Below, piece by piece: positions 53,837 through 64,000 of a stretch of 64,000 nt of DNA. Position numbers and translations under genes: made by a program. Location: NCBI GenBank assembly GCA_964016885.1, contig OZ024743.1, forward strand, positions 204,414,001-204,478,000, in the 5' to 3' direction. How positions within the stretch are numbered: the first letter of the stretch is position 1; each line of letters opens with the position of its first letter. Under the pieces are notes generated by a model that worked only from the letters and a program-made list of their open reading frames with translations, was not told the origin of the DNA and ran no database searches. The DNA is from Eledone cirrhosa (lineage: Eukaryota).

Positions 53837-56552
53837 TCAACAAGTGACATAGACATGCTGATAGAAATAATCAAGCAAAAAGTGTCGGCCAAAGCTCCTC
53901 GTATAAGGCGCTTTGAAAAACGATCTAGATTCTATAAGGACAATAATATGTTCAAAAACAACCAAAGAAACTTCTACAGAAAAATTGGTAAGTCAACAAT
54001 AACTGCTAAGTCAATACCACCCAAGGAGGAAGTGCAAGAATTCTGGGAAAAGATCTGGGCCGAAGAAAAAGTTCATAACATGGATAGACAGACAAATGAA
54101 AGATACAGCTCACCTTGAGGAACAAATATGGGAAAATATAACAGTTGAACAGTTGCGCTTGGCTCTAAGAAAAACCAGCAAATGGAAATCCCCAGGAAAA
54201 GACAAAATACAATTTTTTTGGATAAATGCCTTCACAGAGTCTCATGAGCTGTTAGCCCAACTTTACAATGAAATAGTTAAGGAGCCAGAAAAGATACCAT
54301 CATGGCTAGTTAACGGCATTACATTCCTGCTTCCGAAGAATGATGAGACAAACAATCCCCAAAATTACAGACCGATAACTTGCTTGACCACAATGTATAA
54401 AATTTTAACATCAGTCCTAACTGAATACACATATGACCACCTGATAACAAATGACCTATTTCCCATTGAGCAGAAAGGGTGTAAACGAGGCTCATATGGC
54501 TGTAGGGATCAGCTTTTGGTTAACAAAATGATACTGGAAGATTGTCATAATAGACACAAAAATCTATCGATTGCTTGGATAGATTATAAAAAAGCATTCG
54601 ATAGTTTGCCACACAGTTGGATTGAAAAATGTTTAGAGATTTTCAAAATATCCCCCGTTGTCAGGAGGTTTTTGTCATTCAGTATGAAGACATGGAAAAC
54701 GACACTCCTTTTGAATAGTGAAACAAAATCACTGGAAGCTGGAGAAGTTAATATTAATTGTGGAATTTTTCAGGGTGACTCTTTATCACCGCTTTTATTC
54801 TGCATCGCACTTATACCATTAAGTAAAATGCTCAATGAAACAAAACATGGAGATAAAGTCTATGACAAAACCATTAATCACTTGTTCTACATGGATGACC
54901 TGAAACTATTTGCAAAAAATGATGAACAATTGCAAGGGCTATTATCCACTGTGGAGCAGTTCAGTGATGACATTAAAAGCAACGTTCACCAGAGGAAAGC
55001 TGCTGAAGTGTTCAGACATTAATCTTGATCGGGGGAACGTGATAAGAGAACTTGATCAAGAAAAAACTTACAAATATCTAGGTGTTTGTGAAGGAGACGG
55101 AATCAAGCACTCGACGATGAGGGAAAGGATAAGGAAGGAATGTTACCGCAGAGTAAGAGCAATCTTAAGAACGGAATTGAATGCAAGGAATAGGATCGAT
55201 GCCATAAACACGCTTGCCATACCAGTAGTAACCTACAGTTACAATGTCATCAACTGGTCAAGCACAGAGATCCGTAGGCTCGATACAAAAATTCGAAAAT
55301 TCTTAACCATGCACAGAATGCATCACCCTAAGGCAGATATAGATAGAATATATCTCCCTAGGAAAGAAGGAGGACGTGGGTTAATCCAGTTAGACATTGC
55401 GTTGAAAACTGCAACAATTGGATTATCTACATATCTAAGGGAATCACATGATTGGATGATCAAACTCGTTTTGAAACACGAAAGCATCAAAAGATCATAT
55501 TCCATTACAAAAGATGCACAAAGATACAGTAATGGACTACAAATTTCAGAAGTCCCATTTACTGCTGAAATGGAAAACACAGAAAAAGCAAAGCAGGTAA
55601 AAGTAACTGCAAAGAAAGAACTGCTACAGAAACTGGCTAAGAAGTGGCAAGAAAAGCCTCTGTATGGAAAATACCCAGAACGAGCTAACAATCCTGATGT
55701 TGACAAAACTTTAACCCATCAGTGCTTGGCATCCTCTGGACTGAAATCGGAGACTGAAGGACTGATTATATCAGCACAAGATCAGTGTCTGCCAACAAAA
55801 AATTACCAAGCCAACATAATAAAAAATGGATGCAGCCCATTATGCCGTGTATGCAAAACACAACCAGAGACCATTGACCATATAATTTCAATGTGCAGTC
55901 CTATACCTCCAACCCAATACCTAAACAGGCATGACAGAGCTGCACAATACATACATTGGATAATGTGTAAGCATTTTGACCTGCCCCATCAAAATAATTG
56001 TTGGGAGCATCAACCACCACCCATACTTGAAAAAGATCACATCTCAATCTTGTGGAACTTTAGCATCCAAACAGACCGAAAAATAGATGCAAATAAACCT
56101 GATATAATACTGAAGGACTTTAAAAAGAGGGTATGCCTGCTAATTGATATGTCCGTTCCAATAGACAAGAATGTATCTATAAAAACATTTGAAAAATTGA
56201 GCAAGTATAAGGACCTGGAGATAGAAATTGGAAAAATGTGAAAATTGAGAACTAAAACAATACCAGTGGTTGTAGGCACTCTGGGAGTGATACCTAAGGG
56301 GTCTATTGATTACTTATCGCAAATCCCAGGAAACTCGCGTATAGGAGAAATACAAAAGATAGTACTAATGGGAACTGCCCATATACTAAGGAAGATTCTG
56401 TCAATATAACTACATCACAAGTCTAAACACTAAAGATGCATGTGTGAGTATGTATATTCTTTCTTGAACATGGCGGACCTTGTTGTCTCTTGAGGTCACT
56501 GGTTGTGACTTGGTGATAACTCGTATGAACATAAAGCAAGATAAATGCAACT

Positions 56553-56601
<49 letters not shown>
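53837..56601 (+). mobile_element. 5'-truncated R4/Dong-type element, second family (copy B)
   Basis: KWKSPGKD, YMDD, CRVC..ETIDHIISMC, RHD, KPDII, EKLSKYKDL; (TAA)n on both sides. Confidence 0.9.
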
Positions 56602-56602
<1 letters not shown>

Positions 56603-56806
56603 CTACATATCTAAGGGAATCACATGATTGGATGATCAAACTCGTTTTGAAACACGAAAGCATCAAAAGATCATATTCCATTACAAAAGATGCACAAAGA
56701 TACAGTAATGGACTACAAATTTCAGAAGTCCCATTTACTGCTGAAATGGAAAACACAGAAAAAGCAAAGCAGGTAAATGCAACTGTAATAATAATAATAA
56801 TAATAA
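56602..56806 (+). mobile_element. Internally deleted mini-copy of copy B
   Basis: 56602-56778 equals 55425-55601, then jumps to the terminal tgcaactg(TAA)n. Confidence 0.8.
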
Positions 56807-59800
56807 TGTCGGTGGAAGAAGAAGAAGGAAAGGGACCAGAACCAACTGGACGAAAGAATTGAATAGAACTGTTATGCAATGTTACCTGAAGAGTAACCCC
56901 AAGGAGAAAGGCTATAGGAAACGGATGCATAACATCTGGAACGAGATTGGTCTATTTAAATTAGATGAACAAAAATTGGCCGGGCAGGCTCGGGTAATAA
57001 GAACTAATGGGTGGATAAGCGAGCTGGAACTGGAGGAACTGAGCAGAGAGATTACGTTGGAAATGGAGGGTGGAGTATGCCAGGCAAACGAGCCAGTGGA
57101 AAATGAAGGTGAAGAGGTTGAGAGAACGGAGGAAGCATCCGAAGCAGACAATGATCTGAATGCTGAAATAAATAATTGTTTCTACTTTAGGAACAAGGCC
57201 AGCAATTACCCAGTGCATTACTGGTACTTTATTTTATCGACCCCGTAAAGATGAAAGGCAAAGTCAACCTCGGCGGGATGGAACAAAGATACGGCCATTG
57301 AGGAGATGAATGCTGACGAGCTAGGACAAGATTTGGTTGATATCCTAAACTTAGTGGTAGATGAATTGAACAATGATAGTGGGAAACCTATGAACCTGAG
57401 ATTTGTAGACAGGAAAAAGTTAAAAGAAACAACAGCTAAGGTAAACAAAGTCATCCCATACCTTGAGGCAAGGAGCCTTCACCAGTGCAACAATATCCTG
57501 AAAGCAACAATGCGGTGAGGAAATTACTTGGCATAAAAGCGAGAGGAAACAACAAACAAGAAAAATCAGAACCTTGGTGGAAGAAACAACTGAATGGTCA
57601 AATCAAGGAAATGAGAAATGACATTGGAAAGCTTGAGTCCCTACTGAATGGGACACTAAAAATAGACTGGAAATAAAGTACAAAACTAGGAGGTAAAAGC
57701 TAAATATTATCATAGAGGAACTGAAGCAACGCATTGTAGCAAAGAGTGCAAAAATTAGGCGATACAAGAGCAGAGTCAGTCAGTATAGACAGAACCAACT
57801 GGAAATCATCAGGCCCAGATGGTGTGCAGGGGTATTGGATTAAAAATATAACATCCCTCCACCCCAAACTGACAACCATGTTCAATGACTGCTTGATGTC
57901 AGGTGAGGTACCAGAGTGGTTGACAAAAGGTACTACAGTTCTGGTAATGAAAGACCGAATCAAGGGTAATGATGTTACCAACTATAGATCTATCACATGT
58001 CTGTCCGTAATGTGGAAACTTTTGACAAGCATTATGTCTGAGGAAATCTACCATCACCTCCACACAAACAACTTGTTACCGGACGAACAGAAAGGATGCC
58101 GAAAGAAGTCCCGTGGTACAAAGGACCAGTTAGTTATTGATAAGATGGTAATGAGGAATTGCAAGAGGAGACACACTGGTCTTGCCATGGGATGGATAGA
58201 CTACAAAAAGGCATTTGACATGGTGCCTCATTCTTGGATCACCAAAAGCCTAGAGATCTTCAAGGTGTCAGATAACATCAGACAGTTGTTGGGCAAAAGT
58301 ATGAAGTCCTGGAAAACAGAATTAACATCAGCTAAAGAATCCTTGGGAGGCGTGAAGATCAAGAGAGGTATCTTCCAGGGAGATAGTCTGTCCCCACTGT
58401 TGTTTGTCCTTGCCCTGATGCCCCTGACCATTATACTGCGAAAAGTGAGAGCAGGATACAAGTTGGGAAAGGGAGAGCTTACCATCAATCACCTCCTTTT
58501 CATGGACGATCTTAAGCTCTTCGGGAAGAGTGAGGAGTTGGATGTGCTTGTTGAAACTGTCCGTATTTTCAGCAATGATATGATATATGTATGCAATTTC
58601 GTATTAGTAAGTGTGGAGTCCTTGTGATGAAGAGGGGGTAAATTGAGCAGAAGCAACGGAATCCAGGTACCAACAGGTGAGATGATAAAGGAAATTGACA
58701 CTGAAGAAGGATACAAGTATTTGGGTGTTCTGGAGGCTGATGACATCAAGAACAAAAGAAATGAAGGAATTTATAAGATCTGAATACATTCGGAGAGTAA
58801 GGAGCGTATTAAAGTCACATCTGAACAGTAGGAATGCCATAAGTGCAGTAAATTCCCGAGCTGTGTCTATTATTAGGTACAGTGCGAGAATTCTGAGATG
58901 GAATGTTGCTGAACAAAAAGAAATGGATAGGAAGACTAGGAAGCTATTGACTATCTACAACATGTTCCACAAGAGGAGTGATGTCGATAGACTCTACTTA
59001 AGGAGATCTGAAGTTGGAAGAGGTCTTATCAGCATAGAGGACTGTGTTCAGATGGAGAAAAACAACCTACACAAATACGTGACTGATAGTAAGGAGCCAA
59101 TGCTCAGAATTGTACTGAAGGAGAGGACAATAGACCAGGGGATGTCCAAGGAGGAAATAACAACAAGGAGAAAGAGCAGCCTTCATGAAAAATCCCTTCA
59201 TAGTACATTCTTTGAGAAAACTGAATTCAGAGATCCACAGACATGGAACTGGTTGAAAAGAGGAGACCTTAAAAAGGCTACAGAAGGAATGCTAATGGCT
59301 GCGCAAGAGCAGGCCCTCAAAACGAAGTGGTTGAAACACCATATTTACAAGGAGGAGGCTAGCCCACTGTGCAGGATCTGTGGAGAGAGAGAGGAGACTG
59401 TGGCTCACATTGTATCCGAGTGTAAATACCTAGCCCAGACTCACTATAAGGGCTGGAGACATTATGTGATGGGCAGGGTAATCCACTGGCACCTATGCAA
59501 AGTAAACAATTTACCACATTCTGAGAAGTGGTATGAGCATAAGCCAGAGTCGGTGATAGAAAACGATCAGGTGAAGGTGCTGTGGGATTTTAGGATACAG
59601 ACGGACAAGAAACTGGAACACAATAGACCTGACCTGGTGGTTTTGGACAAGGAAAAAAGATGGTGCCTCATTGTGGATGTGGCCTGCCCATTCGACACGA
59701 GAGTGCAAGAGAAGGAGAGGGAAAAAATTAACCGATACCAGGACTTAAAGCACTAGGTACTATCTCAAAAAGTTTCCAGGGATGGTTAAAGAAAATTGGC

Positions 59801-59973
59801 CCCGCCACGCTTTTTGGAACGCTTCAAAAGGAATGCTTGCTGGGAACAGCAAGAACCCTCCGATACGTCCTGAATATCTGAGGCTGCAGGTAGTGGCTTG
59901 ATATTCATTTCAACAAACTTTCCAGTTAATTAACATCAATGACTGAGACTCAAAGAACAATAATAATAATAAT
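56807..59973 (+). mobile_element. Degraded R4/Dong-type element, same family as copy A (copy C)
   Basis: Colinear with 50412-53800, with deletions, frameshifts and a SINE insertion. Confidence 0.9.
57172..57277 (-). mobile_element. 5'-truncated SINE inserted in copy C (another tail fragment at ~59970-60012)
   Basis: Reverse complement of the SINE 3' half; absent from copy A. Confidence 0.85.
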
Positions 59974-60017
59974 TGTTTCTACTTTAGACACAAGGTCAGC
60001 AATTACCCAGTACATTT

Positions 60018-60020
<3 letters not shown>

Positions 60021-60067
<47 letters not shown>

Positions 60068-63000
60068 TTTCTTTATTAACCACAAGGGTTTACATAAAGT
60101 AGACATTAAGGACAGTGCAGGACAATACAGGACGGTACAAATAGGCATTTCTGCGTGTAAAAAACAAAAACAGAGGATGTAAGAAAAAATAACAATGAAA
60201 AATTCCCCAATAGGGGGGAGACTTCGGAGGGACATTTGTGGAGAAAGCCCAGTAAAATGCCATAATGACCCTGACCACCAAGGAAAGTGCCCTCTCCCAG
60301 TTTTCCACCTTTAATTTACAGATATATACTCACTCGGGCCATTCTTGCTTCTCTCACCCATCTTTCAACAAAATGCTGGGAAGAGAGCACTTCCCTCTCT
60401 ACCCTGATTTTCCTTTTCAAATGAAATTTGAAAAAGTTAATCAGGGCATCACCGAAGAGGTATGTGCACGTCTTCAGCCCTTTCAAACGTGTCCACCATA
60501 CTATCTCTTTCGCCATGGCCACCAGACAGATAAAAACTGCCTGCCCTTCCAGGCTAAAGGAAGAGGGCGGGGCAATCCTCATGATGGACTCAGCTGATAG
60601 CTGGATCCGTCCTACACGTGACAGCAGGTATTCGACATAAACCCACAAGTCAGCAATGCTCGGACACTGGACGAGTGCGTGCAGGACGGTTTCGTCGCCC
60701 TGCGCGCATCTCGGACATTCCCGGCTGACGGCACCTCCATGCCTGTAGAGTTTATCCCGAACTGGCAAAGGTCCTCAGTAGCAGTGCCAGGCCAGGGATT
60801 TCTGGAAGTTGTCCATAGGCCCCGGCCCGAAAGTCCTTCCGAAGAGATTGGCTAGTTGATTTTCGTCGACGCTTAGAGTTTCTCCAAGTGCATCGTCGCT
60901 CTTCCCCTCCACTAATCCTCTATAGAACGCCAAAGTGGAGTGTCCACCGATCACATTGCCCGATTGGTCGAGGGCTGTGAGCGCCTGAAGACATTCCAGT
61001 CTCCAAGCGCTCCCTCTCGGTCTTCGCTTGACCCAGGACTGCAGCTCCGTCAAGGAGACGAGCTGGGGAAAGACGTGTCTAGCAAACGGCGACCACACCT
61101 GATCACCGTCGAGGAACAGGTGGAGATGTCGTAGCCTGAGCGCGTGTCTGCGCATCATCATCCACGGCATGCCCAGCCCTCCACGTAGCGGGTGTTTACA
61201 GCAGATGGACCGCCTGACCATCGGAGCGCGTCCCTTCCACAAAAAGCGAAAGAGCAAACGCTCCAGCGCAGTCAGGCGGGGCTTAGGACAAGGTACGACG
61301 GTCAGGCGGTAGTAGTTGACTAACGCGATGTACGCGTTGGCTACCTCCGCTTGACCTTTCAGGGATCGCTTCCTCTCCGCTCATTTCTGGGTGAGAGAAG
61401 CCACCCTGCTCGTCACCTCGTCCCAGTTTTTGTCTGTATGGAGGTCCGGACCGATCCAGACCCCTAGCAATTTAACCGGTCCGTCCGTCCAGCGCCCGAC
61501 GACGCTGTTGGGCGGCATGGACCTGCCTCTCCAGGTGCCGAGCTGCAGGCCCACTGACTTTTCCTGGTTGATCATTGCTCCTGTCACCGCTTCGTATTCT
61601 CTTAGTGTAGTGCCGATCGCCTCGATGTGTTTGGCGTTCGACACCACTACGGTGACATCGCCCGCATATGCTGACACGGATATTCCGCATCCTAGTTCGC
61701 GCGGGACACCCCTCAACGTTTCCAGTTTGTGCAGTAATGGCTCGAGAGTCAATATGTACAAGAGGGACGAGAGGGGACATCCTTGGCGGACCGAGCGCAT
61801 GATGTTGAACGGTTCCGAAAGGTAACCGTTCACTCTCACCACAGAGCAGATGTCGCTGTGTATGGCAGCGATCCAGCCTCTGAAGACGGGCCCAAAGCCA
61901 GCCGCCCTCAGGACTGCCGCTAGGTAACGATGGTCGACCCTATCGAAAGCTTTCGACTGATCTAAATTGATCAAGGACCCACCCGTGCCAGGTTCCCTAG
62001 CTACGCTCTCTACGATGTATCGCAGGTGGAGGTGGAGGTTGTCGTGGATGGATCTGTCGGGATTGGCGCATGTCTGCGCCTCTTCCACCAGACCACCAAC
62101 GACAAGCGCCAACCTCTCTGCTAGCACCTTGGCCAAAATCTTGAACTCTGTGTTTAGCAGAAATATGGGCCTGAAATTATCTATGTTATCCCCCTTGTTC
62201 GGATCATTGCTCTCAGCAGCGTCACAGCTCCTCGGCTCACAGAGCTGGGAATTCTCCCGTTCTGTTGCCAGTTGCAGTAGACGTCCGCCAAGAGGCCTCC
62301 GAACAAGTCTGGCATCTGTACGTAAAGTTCATAGGGCAGACCATCCAAACCAGGCGATTTACCCCTTGTGCAGCCAGTCATTGCCTCCCGTACTTCAGCG
62401 GCTGTTATCGGCTTTTCGCAACACTCCCCCTCAGTGGCCGAGAGCGGCGGCAGTCCGTCGAGGTAGACACTAAAGTCCATCCCTCGATCCGGCCCGCCGC
62501 TGCCCCCGAACAGCTGCGCAAAGTGTCGATGAAAAGCTTCACACATTTTCCCGGGATCGTGGCTTTGTTGCTACGACGCGCCTCCGCCACTCGGGCCCAT
62601 TGAACGGCTTTCGTCTCCTCGTGTCTGAGAGCACGCACCCTAGCTCTGACAACGCAGCCTTCGTGCTTTGCATTGAAGAATTGGCCAAGGGCCAATATCA
62701 CCGCAAGTACGTCGGTCGCGATGCCTTTTCTAGTAGCCGGGTCCTCGTCTATGAAGCCTATCTAAGTCAAGCACACAGATCACGAATGTGTGGTCCGTGT
62801 AGCTGACTATCTTGAATTGTGGACAGCCTATGCTAGACCTATCTATTTCCCTACAAAATACTCTATCTAGATATGATCTGGATGACCCTATGCGATTTGT
62901 CCAAGTCCACATTGGCACATTCGGGAAATCCAATCGGTACGTGTCAGACAGTTCAAAACACCTGAGCAGGTTGGTGAGGCTCTTGTACCATCCTCCCCTA

Positions 63001-64000
63001 TCCGCTAATCCCACACAGTCCCAGCGTGCATCTAAGATCCCGTTCTAGTCGCCCACTAACACTAAAGAGCGGGACGTTCCAAGAAAGGTCTCCAGACGCC
63101 GCAAGAAATCAGGCCGCCCTGCTCCTGTCGGGGCATAGACGGCCACTATCCTAAAAGCTTGCCCGTCTCCGCTGGTCACGTCTAGCACCACCAACTTACC
63201 TCCGTGCGTCGGAGATTCTGGTCTCGCTGATGACCACTACATCTATGTTTAGTGACCTGAGGTCGTTGAGCAGGTGGCCCTGCTTCCATGACGACCCCAA
63301 GCCACGCGCATTTATGCTGCCTATTCTGAGTGAGATCATGTTGAAATGGAGTGGAAAAGATGGGAAAGACCCTTACCTTACTTCTCGTAGAGGAAGGATG
63401 GTTTATCCATCCCTTTTCACTTCATCGTCTGGTGAAGGGACCGTTGAATCGTCCCTTCGGCTGGTCGTCGGCTCTTTTGTGAGTATATCCGAATATACTC
63501 TCCGGTTGAGTGTCCCTCCTAGGTCTCTGAAATCACCAACTGCGTTGGGGAATTTCGTTTTAATGTTAGAGTATTGTTTCTGTGCTATTCTTACCAGTCT
63601 TATGTTCGTTGGTGTTTTGATTGGTGCTGGTATTATGTAGTCGTGCTGTGAAATGTTTGTGTGTTCAATTATGTAAGTCATTAGTTTCTTGTTGTGTGTG
63701 TTTTGTTGTTGTGTTTGCGATGTTGGTGCTTGTGGTGGTGGTGTTGAAGGTGTTGTTGTTGTTTGCGGTGGTGTTGCCGCCGGCGGTGATGGTGGTGCTA
63801 GTGTGGGTGGTGATGGTGTTGATGGTGTTGCTGCTGTAAGTCTCTTTGCAGTAGCCTTTACCCTTTTTTCATTTCTTTCCTCCCTTTTCGAAGGCGACGA
63901 TGCGCTGCTTCTGCGTTTGAGCCTTCTTGCGACCTTTTGCCATTCCTCTCCCACCTCACACTCCATGTCTGATTCTGTGAGGTCGGGGAGGGATACCAGC
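60021..64000 (-). mobile_element. L1/Tx1-clade LINE, degraded ORF2 plus end of ORF1, (ATT)n tail
   Basis: ORF2 from ATG 63339: SINARGL, VAVYAP, SYLDRVF, TDH, KSPGLDGLP, LDQSKAFDRV, VRQGCPLS, YAGD, GGLG, CPRC...ETVLHALVQC; AATAAA before the tail; ORF1 part 63403..63966. Confidence 0.9.

Overview
AT-rich animal DNA made almost entirely of transposons and microsatellites; the SINE, RTE and (TA)n content looks octopus/cephalopod-like (inference). Positions ~1-47 kb are a nest of Penelope-like elements (PLEs; RT + C-terminal GIY-YIG) sitting in (TA)n tracts. One has an uninterrupted 760-aa ORF (20232-22514) and several have tandem or inverted pseudo-LTRs or fold-back junctions. This part also holds an RTE LINE with a PHD finger, Helitrons, a probable Chapaev3 relic, a MITE and tRNA-derived SINEs. 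Positions ~49-64 kb are a (TAA)n-associated array of R4/Dong-type LINEs plus an L1/Tx1 LINE. The main signal outside the ORF track is about 20 hammerhead-ribozyme (HHR) motifs from many unrelated families, folded by eye. These include compensated U3-A8 cores, very long stem II arms, three non-coding ~0.5-kb terminally redundant retrozyme-like units, and a candidate new hammerhead architecture in which stem II is replaced by a four-way junction with a loop-loop pseudoknot (25.3-26.0 kb and 40.0-40.9 kb). No host gene is securely identified; one weak candidate first exon lies at 48.3-48.8 kb. No ribozyme activity or database match was tested.
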